64,000 nucleotides of DNA from positions 186,001 through 250,000 of the forward strand of contig NW_026867476.1 of the NCBI RefSeq assembly GCF_020745735.1, given 5' to 3'. Position numbers and translations under genes: made by a program. Below are positions 39,345 to 53,209 of this stretch, piece by piece; the stretch's first letter is position 1; each line of letters begins with the position of its first letter. The stretch is from Hemiscyllium ocellatum (lineage: Eukaryota). The notes beneath the pieces were generated by a model. That model was not told the origin of the DNA and searched no databases. It saw only the letters and a list, made by a program, of their open reading frames with translations.

Positions 39345-39590
39345 CGGGTAAGTGCTATGGGAGACGTTAGCTTTCCAATTATTTACTGGAAACTCTTTAG
39401 TTCAAGAACTTTAGTTTGGTCAGTTTTTGCCCAATCTGTGCAGGAGAATCTGTTGACGCGTATGTAAGCAGGTCAACAAGAGGCGAGGCCACTATGTATT
39501 TGGTACTGGGTAAAGAACCAGGCCAGGCATTAGGTTTGGAAGTAGGTGAGCACTTTGGTGATAGTGACCACAATTCGGTTACGTTTACTT
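39345..39590 (+). mobile_element. CR1 endonuclease fragment
   Basis: EHFGDSDHNSVTF motif; very similar to 41140-41385. Confidence 0.75.
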
Positions 39591-41139
39591 TTAGTGCAAT
39601 AAACAGGTTGACTTTTGGTATTTTCCTCGCTGTTTACAAAATTGGCAAAGTAATGATTCTGCTTCTCATTTGCTGTAACCACATTTTACAGAACTGACAG
39701 TTCAATCGTATCCCTGATGACTTCTGGACATTACAGTAAATAACTTTATATGCTATTTCACTTTGTAAGATGGTTTAATTCGGACAGGAATGCTGTATAA
39801 CGTGTTCGTATTTTGACAAAGGACAGCGAAGAACGTCTTTGAATTATTGCATTCATTGTGCCAGTTGACAGGATGGTGTGAGAAATATTAAACCATTTGA
39901 ATTCACATTCATTTTCCGTAGTGTTGTGAGCACATTTCGATCATTTCACAGCTGGACGTAATTGTCCAAAATGTTGAAAACATTGTTAAAATAGGAAGAC
40001 TAATGTAACTCTTTAGGCCGATATTGACATGTCAAGTGGATTTAGAAGCAGACAGGAGAGTGAAGGAGATCTGGTTGCAGGAGAGCTGGTTCCTGCTGAC
40101 GGTGGTGTACCTGCATTAGGCGGATCAGACTTCTCCTTTGTCTCCACAATGAATGTTCGACCTTTTATTTTGGGGAAAAAGTAAATCTGATACAAGACAC
40201 TTATCGATACAGTGGCAAAAGTCTGAAGCTTGAACTAACTGGCAGACTGCTTTCAGCAATCATATAAAAATGAGATCGTTCAGTTTCCGTGGTCAAGGTC
40301 CTTGACTATTTAGCGAAAGTTTGGTGGCAAGAGACCATCACAGGAATGCTGTTATTAGTTCACCAGTGTTCATTTCGGCTCAGTATCTATATCAAGAAAA
40401 CGTTCCCAGACGAGAACTATTAAGTGGAGAGTAAATAAAATGTTGTTTCGATTTTCAAATGAATATTCATTGCAAATCTATTGATTAGCTAGATCATTAT
40501 AAGTCTCACATCTGAGCCTTTAGAAATTCATGAACTGATTCAAAGCAAACGTACCCCTCAAAGATTTGTTCTTCCTCGACTCCAAAGTCGAGACGAGGAA
40601 AAGCAGAAAAGCAGTAAGATTTCTGGCACACACTCTCCAATCCCCTGCGGCCAGCAAAAAGTGGTGACTGCAGCATCAAACAGCGGCTTGCTGCCCATCC
40701 CTGAAACACAAGATCCTTCAAACCGAGGCAAGACTTCAAATAAAATGCAGCGAGACTAAGTTCTGCACACTGAACTTCCGGGAATCATCGGCACAATCTC
40801 TGTGCGAGACTAGTAAATAAAAGGCGCATCAATTTCCTAAAAGAATTCACAATTAAAATTATTTCATTTTATGGAAAAGCTAACTTTTCTGAATCTGACA
40901 ATGAGCTAACTGGATTCTTGCCAATCAATGATTGTTTCCCATTGTTTGTAATTCAATTTGTGTGGGTCTGTGAGCGAATCTGATTTCTGAATGATGGTAG
41001 ACAGCAGGACAATGTTAAATCCAGGGAAAAAAAGGAGAGGTCATGCTGTTGGAAGATTTCTAAAGGCCTCGGAAAAGCTCAGAGATGTAGAAGAAAGGAT
41101 TGCAAAGATTATTCTGGATAGGGTCAAAGTAACTGGGTA

Positions 41140-43500
41140 GGTGTTATGGGGGACGTTAGCTTTCTAACTATTTACAGGAAACACTTTGGTTCACCTTTAG
41201 ATTGGTCAGTTTTTGCCCAATCTGAGCAGGAGGATCTACTGACGCGTATGTAAGTAGGTCAACAAGAGGCGAGGCCACTATGCATTTAGTAGTGGGCAAA
41301 GAACAAGGCCAGATGTTAGGTTTGGAAGTAGGTGAGCAATTTGGTGATAGTGACCACAATTTGGTAACGTTTACTTTAGCGATGGACAGGGATAGGTAAA
41401 TACTGCTGTGCAAGAGTTATAGCTGGTCAAAAAGCAGTTATGACGTGATTTGGCAAGATTTACGACGAAGAGGACGGGGAAGGAAATGCAGTGGATGGGC
41501 ACAATTGAAACGTGGAGATCGTTCATGGAACGGTTACTGTATCAGTATATACCCTGTCAGGCAGAAAGGAAGAGGTCGAGCGAGGGAATCCCATTTTACT
41601 GAACACATTGAATCTCTTGTCAAGGGGAAGAGGAAGTTTATGCAAAGTTGAGAAGTGAAGGCTCAGTAAGGGTGATTGAGAATTACAAGTTAACCAGGAA
41701 AGACCGAAAAAGAAATCTAAGAAATCCAGGAGGAGACATGAGGAGTCTTTGGCAGGTAGGATCAAGCGAACCGGAAAGCTTTCTATGGGTATTCTATAGG
41801 AATAAAAGAATACCAGAATAAGATTAGGGTCTGTCAAGGACAGAAGTGGGAAGTTGTATTTCGGGTCCTAAGTGATAGGAGCAGCACAAAATTAACATTT
41901 AACGTCATTATTCACACAGGAAAAAGACAATGTTGACAAGGAGACTACTGAGATACAGGCTATTGGAAGAGACGGTATTAATCTTCATAAGGAGGTGGTG
42001 TTAGCAATGCTGGAAAGGGTGAAAATGGAGAAGTCCCCTGTGCCAGATGGGACTTATCCTAGAATTCTCTGGAAAGCTACGGAGGAGATTGCAGAGAATT
42101 GGCTTTGATCATTAAGTCAGTATTATTTACAGGAATACTGCCAGAAGACTGGAGGATAGCTAATGTTTCAAGAAGGGAAGAAGAGACAACTCTGGTAGTT
42201 ATGGACCAGTGAGCCTTAGTTCGGTTGTGGGTGAAATGTTGTAAAGGATTCCAAGAGATAGATTTATAATCCTCTGGAAAGCAATAATTTGATAAGAGAG
42301 CGGCAACGTGATTTTGTGAGGGGTAGGTGGTGCCTCACAGAACATACTGAGTTCTTTGACAAAGGGACCCAAAAGACGGATGAGAGCAAAGTGTTTGCTG
42401 TGATATATATGCATTTCAGTAAAGCGTTTGATAAAGTTCCCCACGGTAGATTATTGCAGAAAATACGGAGGCATGTGATTGAGGGTGATTGAACGGTTTG
42501 GATCAGAAATTGGCTAGTTCTCAGAAGACAAAGGTTGGTGGTTGATGGGAAATGTTTGTTGTGGAGTTCAAATATTAGTGGTGCACGGAACGGCTCTGAT
42601 TTGGGACCACTGCTGTTTGTCAATTTTTAAATTACCTGGATGAGTGCGTTGAAGGATAGATAAGTAAATTTGCAGATGACAACTAAGATGGAGATGTGGA
42701 CAGTGCGGAAGGGTGGTGCATGGATCAGAGGGACATCGATAAGGTACAGATCTGGGCTATGCTGCTTAATGGAGCTTAATGCGAAAAAGTATGATGTTTT
42801 TAACGTTGGAAGGAACAACAGGAATACAGAGTGCTGTCCTGCGCTAATAGTAAGATTCTTGGTAGTGTAGATGAGCTGAGAGAGCACGATATCTATGTGA
42901 ATAGATCCCTGAACGTTGCCACATAGGGTAATAGGGTTATTAAGAAGGCATACGGCGTATTAGCTTTTATTTGGAGAGGAATTGAGTTTCGGAGTCAAGA
43001 GGTCATGTTGCAACGCTATACAAATCTGGGGCAGCCACATTTGAAATATTGCATACAGTTCTGTTCGACGCATGGTAAGAAAGACGTAGAAGCATTGGAA
43101 ATGTGCGTAGGAGATTTACCAAGATGTTGCCTGGTATGGAGGGGCGGTCATATGAAAAAAGTCTGAGGGACTTGAAGCTTTTTTCGTTAGAGAAGAAGGT
43201 TCTGAGGAGATGCAATAGAGACATACTGGGTCATGAGAGGATTCGATACGATGGACAGCGAGAGCCATTTTCCTCAGATGGTGATGGAGAGCATGAGGGG
43301 ACATAGCTTGAAATTGACAAATGTCAGAGGTAGGTGTTTTCCTCAGACAATAATAAGGGCGTGGAATGGTCATTCGATATACATATGAATGAGAATGAAA
43401 TAGTGTAGGTTTGATGGGCTTCAGGTTGGTTTCATAGTTCGGTGCAGCATTGAGGGCTGAAGGGTATGTACTACTCTGTAAAGGTCTATTCTCTGTGTTC
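41140..43500 (+). mobile_element. Degenerate CR1 LINE ORF2 (APE C-terminus, RT, 3' end)
   Basis: DSDHN, FSKAFDKVPHGRLL, KFADD, RRFTKMLPG and LKLFSLEK motifs with stops and frameshifts. Confidence 0.9.
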
Positions 43501-44379
43501 TAAATGTTAAGGAAAATGCATGGCATTGTTTTGGAAGTGGTGTAGATCATAAATGGAATTTCACAATGATATTACTGATGACTCAGTGGGAAGCTTCAGA
43601 GCGTTGGAGCTTCCAGTGAGAACTTCAAACGTGACCCAACATTCTCTGTCCTTTTTTCAGAGAATCATAGATATTTTGTTTCAGGTGCCACCATGGTATC
43701 TGGAATCGATGTTTCAGGAGTGAATTTTCCATTATTCCCCTGGACATTTGGCCCAAACGCTTCCTCTCCAAATTCCTCGGCCATTTGCAATTTTAAATCT
43801 CTTTATATGACGTTGAATGAAAAAAATTATCTATATCGCCTAGTCCGAATGTTATCACTCTTGGGGGCCAGAATCAAACAAACACTTTTCAAAGCCGGAT
43901 ATTTTGACTGTAGATCTAGTTCAGAACATTCAGATTTTATCATCAAATCCAGATCCCACGGACATCCAACCAACCTGTCAGTACGGCACGTCTCAGTCAA
44001 GTGCTGTGGTCATGGCTGACGGGATAAGGTGATCGAATCGAAATCGATTTTGTGTTCCTGAAGCGTTTTTCACTCCTGCTAGTTATAATTCCCGTGGTTA
44101 AGTTGTGATGGGGATGAACTGCCAAAGTCCTCTTCATTCACAGTGCCCATAACTATCAGGTAAGATGCAAAAAAAATAGAGTGCATAGCAGCTCATTTTT
44201 TTTTCTTTCACTAGGTGTAGGCGGCAATCAGGAAATTACAGCCTCTTTGGCAGCATAGGCTAAAATGCTCATTACATTTCAGAAGTGTTTTGGTGTTCAT
44301 TTAAAAAGGCTTACATTTTATGAAATTGCGTTATGGAGTGTGACGTCACTGCCTCGCCAATAATTATTCCTTATCCTTA

Positions 44380-45350
44380 ATTACCCTCTTCTGAAGGTGG
44401 CAACAAGGTGCATTCTTGAACTGCTACAATGATATAGATTGACAAATTATTCATGAAGTGGGGGAGCTCCATAATTTTGACATAGCTGCAGTGAAGTAAC
44501 GCCAATGTATTTCCAAGTCAGGATGGTGAGCGGTTTGGAGAATAACTGAAATGTTGTAGTATTACATTGTATGTGTTCCTTTTCCTTTTTTGATGAAAGT
44601 AGTCATTGGTTTCGAAGTGCTGTCAAAGGATCTTTGTTCAGTTTCCGCAGTTCACTTTGCAGATAATACTTACTGCTGCTGCTGAGTTGATTGGTGCAGG
44701 GGATAAATCTCCTCGATGTGTTGATAAGCCACCGATTTGTTTGGTTCTGCATCGTGTGAAGCTTGTTGAATGTTGTTGCAATCATCACGACAAGTGGGGA
44801 GTATTCCATCATATTCTTAACTTGTGCATTATTGATGGTGAACTGCCTTTGGAGAGTCAGGTGGTGAGTTACTCATAGAATACCTACCCTAAAGAATAGA
44901 GGCTGTTCTGGCAATCGTGTCTGCACCGACTGACAAAACAGTCTCCAAAAACGATAGTAGTATTCCTATGCTTCCATCTGGTATCCATCAGCAGACAGGT
45001 TAAACTGCCATTATGCTGGTTATAGTTTTGCTTGGTTTCCTTGATACCACACTCCGCCAAATGTGACCTTGCAGTCAAGGCCTGTCACTCTAAACTCTCA
45101 TCTCGACTTTGCAAGTCAGCCCTTTCATCTATGTTTGAACCAAGATTACAACTTGAACAGAAACGCTGTTGCCCTGGCGAAATTGATACCAGGAGTCCAT
45201 AAACAAGTTATTGCTGAACAAGTACTGTTTGATAGTACTGTTGCTTACACCTTTGGTCACTTTACTAATAACCTCGTGTGGACTGGTGCAGCAGTAATTT
45301 ACTAGGTTGAATTTGTCCTGGTGATGTACAGGACATAGCAGGAACATTTT
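44380..45350 (-). mobile_element. Degenerate L2/CR1-like LINE RT fragment
   Basis: Minus-strand remnants such as QYLFSNNLFMDSWYQFRQG and MMEYSPL; heavily decayed. Confidence 0.55.
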
Positions 45351-47039
45351 TCACGTTTTCAGTTACATGATCGTTACGTAATTGTATTGGAAATATTTGG
45401 CTAAAGCAACCACAAGATCTGCAATACATGCCTTCAGGAATATTAACAGACTGTTTTCGGGGCGCATAGGCTTTTCAATATCCAGTGTTGCAAATAAATA
45501 GACTGAATCAAAATGTTTGAAGACAGGCATCTGTCATACTCAAGACCACTGGAGAGCCGAGAAAGATCATCCTTTTGCCCCTTTTGCCTAACATTTGCAG
45601 TGAATGCTTCAATCTTATCTTCTTGACAGGGATGGACAATTTCCTGACAGAGACACCCACATCCTGTGAATGCATTAAAGAAAACTAGAGGATGAAATTA
45701 TCAGGGATTCGCTCACAGGAAGGACAACAGTACTGTCCAAACTGGCAGAAGGATCACCTCTTGGAGTAACAAGACACCGCTTAATTTATTTTAGTGTCAC
45801 GTTATTATCTATTAGTCCCCTGCTGTAAACGTGGAAGAATTGACAGGTGGTGACTGGTGAATATGAAGAAGGGCATAACACACCAATCCGCGCAGGAGCA
45901 CTTGAACAGCCTCCAAGTGGCAATGGCTGCTTCAGTCGCAAACAATTGTGGTTGCAGAAGGGTCGAACAATTCTCAACTTCAAGTTAATAAGATGCTCTT
46001 ATGTAGAAATCACCAAGATCTCATATATTGATGCTGTAATTTGAGGGTTACTTGGTCAAAGTGCCAGTGAGCAATGCACATGCATACAGGAATGATGGAG
46101 GAATTCATCTAGATGCAGGCTGTATCCAGAAAAACAATACGACACGGCAGACAATCGTTCCTTTAAGTCCAATCGTCGTGTCCATAAAACTAATTAAAGA
46201 TAAGTTCTTCTTGCATGTTTCACCAACTATTAATAACAGCTGCTAGAGGCCTCCAGAGTCCTAAAGACTTATGAAAACAAACCAGACCTGAACCACCACC
46301 CGTCAGAACACTGGAATCTTACTAAGATGGTTGACAAAATGGAATTGTATCAGAATGGACCCCGACTTACGTAGATTGCTAAGTTTTTTTGTGCTCGCTA
46401 TGAATGCAGGAGCAGCTATATTGAAACCGGGAATGTGTGCTAGGTGAGCATGACTTAAATAAATAGCCGATCTCTACTGCACAGTTCATGCTGGAATTTC
46501 TTACGTTAGCCTTTGAATAATGGAAGAAATCGTCTCATTACATATTTTTCGCAGTTCATAATTTGACTCTGAATTTATTCTGCATGCCAGCATATTTAAA
46601 TCAACTAATACAGGAATAAAAAATGCTAAATGAATAAATGATGATACATTGAAATCGCAACTTTCAAAATAAGCGACAGTTTGAATGTGGCAGAAGCATC
46701 TTTTTATCAAACACAACAGGATGGGACTATGCTTTTTTTTAAACTTCTGGTTCACTTTGATTACGGTCATTTTTGATGTGCCGTTTTCCCCTGAATGATT
46801 TGAAAACCAATGTAATTTATCTGACACAAAAACACTGGCCATTAAAATCAATGTTAATGGGAGACCAACCATGAAATGATATGTAACCAATAGAGATGAC
46901 CTATGAATGTAACGAACATAGCATTCGTCGAATCAGTGCTCTTTATTGTGCATAAAGTGGTTACATTTTTTGATGCAGTTCAATGTGGCTACGACTGTGT
47001 CAACTGGGGGTATTATAAATTCTGGTAATTGCGATTTAT

Positions 47040-47610
47040 CCCAAGATTGTCTGGGAAGCCAGGGAGGAGATCAGAGAGACGTTGGCTTTGATCTTTATGT
47101 CGTCATTGTTTACACGAATACTGCCAGAAGACTGGGGGATAGCAAATATTGTCCCCTTTTTCAAGAAGAGGAATCAACCCTGGTAATTACAGACCAGTAA
47201 GTCTTATGTCGGTTGTAGGTAAAGTGTTTAAAAACGTTGTTAACAGATCGAATTTATAATCATCAAGAGAGGAATAAATTGATTAGGGATAGCCAACACG
47301 GTTTTCTGAAAGGTACATCGCACCTCACAAATCGTATTGAGTTCTTTGAGATGGCGAACAATCAAGTGGATTAGGGTAAAGCAGGTGATATCGTGTGTAT
47401 GTATTTCACTAAGGCGTTCGACAAGGAGCCTCACGGAGGCTATGGGGGCATGGGTTTGTGAGTTATTTAACGGTTAGGATCAGAAATTGGCTAGCTGAAA
47501 GAAGCCAAAGGGTGGTGGTTGATGGAAAAAGTTCATCCTTCATTTTAGTTATTAGTGGTGTACATTCAGGATCTGTTTTGTGACCACTGCTGTTTGCCAT
47601 TTTTTATATA
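47040..47610 (+). mobile_element. CR1 RT fragment
   Basis: PLFQEEE..PGNYRPVSL, QHGF and KAFDK remnants. Confidence 0.75.
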
Positions 47611-50600
47611 AGACCTCGATGCTTCTGAGAGCAAAGGAGAGATAATGCAGCAGGTCAGCATTTAAACTTGCTGGAGAAACCATCAGAAACTATACAGATG
47701 ACAAGAATTTGATTGAAAATGAAGCAGCTTAAGTGGGAGGCGAGAGATAAGGAAAGGGCAGCAGAAATGAAGCAGCTTGAGTTACGATTAAAAGCAGAAG
47801 AGTGGGGAAAAGGGATAACAAAGAACGTAAGAAGAGTGTTTGAACTTCAAAACCAGATACTTAAAAAAATCAGCTTAAAAGACTGGAGATAAAGGCTGAG
47901 GGTCGGCTTTGTGTGGAAGAGAGTGACGTTGAGCAAGCCCTTGGTAGTCAGAAGCCAAGTAAGAAGCGGTTTATGTTCAAGTATTGCATACATTTGATGA
48001 GAAAAATGTGGAAGCCTTATTCATCTCATTTGAAAAGGTGGCTAAACAACGCATTAGCCAGAGACAATGTGGGTTTTGTTGATCCAAACAAAACTTGTGG
48101 GTAGTGCTCGTGAGATATTCGCATCCCTATCAAAGGAGGTTTCTGGGGAGTTTGAGAAGGTGAAGAAGCCATTGTAAGTGCATACGACCTTGTACCAGAA
48201 GCATATAGACAACGTTTCAGGAATCGAAGGAGGGACCCAGGTCAACCCTATTTTGAGTTTTAAAGGATCAAACTGAGTAATTTCCATATATGGATAAGAG
48301 ATTTTAAAATTGAGCAAACCTATAATTACCCTTTAGAGAAGTAATTATTTTGGAGGAATTCAAAAAATCGCTGCCTGAAGTAATGTGAACTCATGTGGAA
48401 GAGGAGAGAGGTAAATCAGCTGAAATAGCTGATGATTATGAGCTGGTCCATTAAACTCGGTTTGTCTTCCAGAATCAGTTTCAGTCCGTGAGGGATTGAA
48501 ATTGGGGCTAACAGGAATCCTCACGTGAAAAGGGAAAGGTAGATGTCAGTGAAGTTCATAAGGATAGTTTACCACAGGGGAGAAAAACCCTTGAGGAGGA
48601 CAAATAGTTCATAAGCTCCAGTGTTTTCATTGTAATAAATTGGGCCACACGCAATCAGTGTTGGTGGGATAGGAGAAAGCCAGATGTAGGAAAACCAGAC
48701 AAACCTGGAAATTGTGTTGGACTACTAACAAAAAGCACAAGGGAAGTTAGACAACTGCCTCAGAGGGTACAAGATGATCAGAGCTTGATTAAGGCAGAAG
48801 TGCCAGATCAGCTTAAAAATATACATGCAAGTTTAAAGTTTATTCAAATCGGTAAGGAGGTGACAATATTAAGAGATAAAACATCCTCAGCCTGTAATGT
48901 TAAAGGATGAGGAGATATGCACTCCTGGGGTACTGTTGCTAGTGGAAGTGCTGGTAACAGGAATTAATGGTGAGACAAAAAGTGCTCAGTTATGTAAAGT
49001 GAGGCTAGAGAGTTCAAGGAAGAGTGGACTATTTGTGTTAAGAGTACAAGACAAACTCGCAGCTCGAGGAATACAATTTGTCCTTGCAAATGATATAGCT
49101 GATGCACCAGTAAGCGTGCTGCCTACATTAGTCAAAAGGCCAATGGAGATGCAAGCAATTGAAGACCTAGGGGCTGTTTATACAGGAATTTTCCCTAATT
49201 GCCTAATCACAAGATCACAGAGGCACAAGCCGAAGCAGAAAAGATTCAAAGGCACAGATAAGGAAGCTGTTGCACTATTATCCAAAACTTCATTTGATCA
49301 GATAAGTGGGACAGAGATGGAGCATATAAGTAAACATGTAAGTATGCCTAGCTCTGCTAATCTAATTGAATTACAGCATAAAGATGAGGAGCTAAAACAG
49401 TTATATAAAAAAAAATTGCAGAATAAGGAAGTGAATGCATTCCTGTGTGTTATTACTTAGCAAATGATGTCTTGATGAAATCGAGACCATACACACAGTC
49501 AAGCAGATGAAAAATGGGCAGAAGTTCAACAATCTTGTTCGCTACTAGGTTATAGAAAGGGGGTGCTGCGAGTGGCGCATGAACTACCACTTGGAGGACA
49601 TTTAGGGGTGAAGAAAACCCAGGGTAAAATACAAAGACAATTTTGCTGGTCTGGACTACGCAAAGACGTCAGTGAATTTTGGCAGACTTGTCATACATGT
49701 CAACTAATCGGAAAACCACAGGCAGTCATAAAAACCTGCTCCTTAAATACCTATTCCAGCATTTGGGAAACCTTTCACAAGAGTCTTAACTGATTGTGTA
49801 AGTCCCCTACTTAAAACAAAAAGTGGGAATTAGTATTTATTAACAATAATGAATGTGTTAACGAGATTTCCAGAGGCAATTCCAATACACAACATCACAG
49901 CTAAAATGGTTGTGGAAGAATTATTGAACTTTTTTACTAGGTACGGACTGCCAATACAGATCCAGTCAGATCAAGGATCAAACTTCACATCCATTACATT
50001 AAAGTAGTTAAAGAATAACTTGGGAATACTGCAATTCAAATCTACTGTGTAGCATCTGGATTTGTAGGGAGCGCCAGAGAGATGGCATCAAACACTAAAG
50101 ACCATGTTGAGGACTTAGGGTCAGGAATATCCAGGTGATTGGGTTAAGAGAATTCCGTTTCCACTATTTTTGCGATCAGAGATGCACCGAATGAATCGAC
50201 AAAATTCAGTCCATTTGGATTTTTTCTTTAGCATGTTGTCAGAGGAAGGTTAAAATTGATTAAGGAGAAATTAGTATGTCAGAATTCAGAGACCACCCAT
50301 TTTGACTATGTGTCAAATTTTATAGAACGATTAAATAGAGCTGGAGAGTTGCCTGGACAGCATTTAAAAATATCGTAGAATACAATGAAACAAGAAGCAG
50401 ATAAGAAATCACAAATTCACAATGTTGCATTGGGGATACGATATTAGTGTTACTTGTAGTAACAAGTGAATCTTTAAAACCAAGGTTTAGTGGACCTTAT
50501 CAAAACGAGAGTAAATTGAGCGAGGTGAAATATTTGATAAGGACTCCAGACAGGAAGAAATCTCACAGACTGTGTCATGCGAATATACTCAAAGGGTACT

Positions 50601-51845
50601 TTGACAGGGGAGGAAAGCAGACGAGAAGATGTTACCAATTACAGCACAGAAGGAAGAAACTGGATCAGAGGTTTATTTCTCAAGAAAATCGAAATGTCCT
50701 GAAACAGGTATCACTATCACATGGGGAAATATGCGGAAATAAATTGGGAAGTACTAACCTAATTGTGCATGATGTTGATATATGAGATGTTATTCCGGTT
50801 AAGCAACGTCATTATAGACATGACTCCAATGTTGTCACAGGTTCAGAGGGAGATAGAGCGCATGTTCCAAGATGGCATGATCGGAGCTCACCCATTGTCA
50901 TGGTGCCATATCCAGCTGGTATCCACCGGTAGTGTCAACAATCGCAAAGTCTGATGCATATCCAATTCTACAATTGGAGGATTGTGTCGGAAAAGTGGGA
51001 CAAGCAATTTTCATTTCTAAGTTGTACTTGCTCAGAGGCTATTGGCAAGTACCTCTGTCAGAGAAAGCAAAGGCAATTTCTGCTTTTGTAACGCCAAATG
51101 AGCTATATCAGTTCAACGTCATGCCATTTGGTATGAAAACACTCCAGTCACAATTCAGAGAATGACTAATGAGGTCATTGCCTGATTACCCAACTGTATG
51201 GTGTATATTGAAGACTTGGTGATTTTTAGTCATTCGTGGAAGGAACATTTACAACATTTATCAGACTTCTTAAGATTGACTTCGGAAGGCAGACTTGGTG
51301 GTAAACGTAGCTAAAAGTGAATTTGCCAATGTCCAAGTCACATTGCTGGTCCACTTTATTTGACATAGACTAATGGCCCCACGGGATGTGAAAACGAAAG
51401 TAATTGGGGAATTTGCTGCACCGTCGACGAAAAAGGCAACACTATGGTTCTTAGGGTTGAGTGCATTTTACCGGAAGTTTGTACTGAGCTTTAGCAGTGC
51501 GGCTGCTCGACTCACGAAATTGTTTTTTAAAAAGGCAAGAAGTTCCAGTGAACAGAGGACTGTCAAAAGGCATTTGACATCCTTAAAAATGTGTTAGCCA
51601 CTGACCCAGTATTAGCCACAGCGGATGAAAGGAAACCTTTCTTGATGGCTACCGATGTCAGTGATGTGCATGCCAGTGCAGTGTTCCTTCAGGAGGATGA
51701 TGAGGGAACAGAAAGATCCATCGGGTATTTTTCCAAGATCTTGAACGTTCATCAACAGAAATATTCAACGGTGGAGAGAGAAATTTTAAGCTTGGTGTTG
51801 GCCTTATAACATTTCAGTATTTATATCACCACCAATGCATCTGAG

Positions 51846-52062
51846 CTGAAAAATGTGTTGCTGGAAAAGCGCAGCAGGTCAGGCAGCATCCAAAGAGCAG
51901 GAGAATCGACGTTTCAGGCATGAGCCCTTCTTAAGGATTTCATGAAGAAGGGCTCATGCCCGAAACGTCGATATTCCTGCTCTTTGGATGCTGCCTGACC
52001 TGCTGCACTTTTCAGCAACACAGATGTTAGCTCTGAACTCCAGCATCTGCAGTCCTCACTTT
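51846..52062. mobile_element. Palindromic PLE-derived mini-element with 16-bp target-site duplication
   Basis: caccaatgcatctgag at 51830-51845 and 52063-52078; two head-to-head PLE termini, each with a hammerhead-like motif. Confidence 0.9.
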
Positions 52063-52690
52063 CACCAATGCATCTGAGACAATCATGTACACGGATCAAA
52101 ACCCATTGACAACTGTGGGTGATTTTGTTGTCTCAAAGGCCAGACTGATTAGATGAGGCTTGTTGTTGCAGTCATTCAATTTGACAACTGTGCATTTGGC
52201 AGGTCGCGAAAACGTGATTACTGACGTGTTATTGAGACTCGAATAAGATGCAGAGGAATTTGGCGGTGGGTGTAACCCGGCCTGAAATTTCATTTGGTTG
52301 TGCGTGTTTGCATGTATATTGTCAGTATAGAGTATCAGTGTGTTTAAACTACTAACCGGGATTTCCTAGGACGCAAAATGCAACCATCTTTTAGTATTGA
52401 TGTTTTTTTTTAGGGAGGATGTGTCACAAAGCTAGTCCCTTCATTTCTAAACGCTGTTCCTTTGCTCTGGGAGGCGCTACCCTTGGTTTTTTTTTTCAGA
52501 TGAGCAATAAACCAGGCTAGACTCCGATCAGTCTGGTTTAGTACAGAGATGAAAAGGACTCTAGGAGTCCCATTGTTTATATGTAAAGAGATGAGCCTTC
52601 AGACCAAAGTGGTCATGCATTAGAAGTTACCCAAGTGAAGAGAGGGGAAGAGTCAGCTCTCTAGCAAGCTGAGCTGAGCAGATTTTAGTT

Positions 52691-52850
52691 CAAAATCACA
52701 TAACACCAGATTAAAGGCCAACAGGTTTAAATGGAAGCATTTGCTTTCGGAGCGCTGCTCCTTCATTACGGGGTTATGGAATATACTTGAACATGGTGTT
52801 GTGTGATTTTTAACTTTGGACACTCCAGTCCAACACTGGCATCTCCAACT
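52691..52850. mobile_element. Short inverted-repeat element inside the LTR
   Basis: aaaatcacataacacca (52692-52708) / tggtgttgtgtgatttt (52794-52810) flank a decayed hammerhead-like ...gaaggagcagcgctccgaaagc on the minus strand. Confidence 0.6.
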
Positions 52851-53209
52851 CAGTTTTAATTCAGCCTTGAACAGGGACGTTTAATACGGAAATGTGTGGA
52901 TACGCTGTCTTGTTTCTGCCCTTCAACTTTAACCTGAAAGCATGCGTTTCATTTATACAGTGTTGTAAAGGGAGTTTGCTTATTGGGACAGCATAGGTAA
53001 TGCAAGCTGGATAAGTTGAGACCTAAAGGGGATTTTTTTTCTGTTTTTGTGCTTTATTGTGAAAATTTGTGACGCTTTCGTTTTAAAATCTAGTAGTCAC
53101 CCTAGCTACCTTACACCGGGTAATTTTCACTGCACACTTACTGCAAAGATAGGTCTTGGGCTGCCTGCTTAGGAATGTTTTTGATGGTCTGGCCTAGTCC
53201 ATAACACTA

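Larger units (their letters stand above)
47620..53206 (+). mobile_element. Degenerate Gmr1-like Ty3/Gypsy LTR retrotransposon (gag-PR-IN-RT-RH) with 3' LTR; 5' LTR not found
   Basis: Gag with CFHCNKLGH knuckle (about 48622); integrase HHCC (49563-49720) and SDQGSNF core; RT GYWQVPL/MPFG (about 51000-51140); RNase H ATDVS..GYFSK (51591-51809); purine tract then TGTCAC at 52422; LTR ends ...TAACA at 53206. Confidence 0.9.

Noticed and set aside
40013-40195. ORF resembling a J-C junction (TFIVETK...PSLSCLL)
   Set aside because: No FGxG, no RSS, no splice signals and no continuation into a C1 domain.
45920-46280. Possible decayed V (SQTIVVAEG...FHQLLITAA)
   Set aside because: Needs several frameshifts; no RSS.
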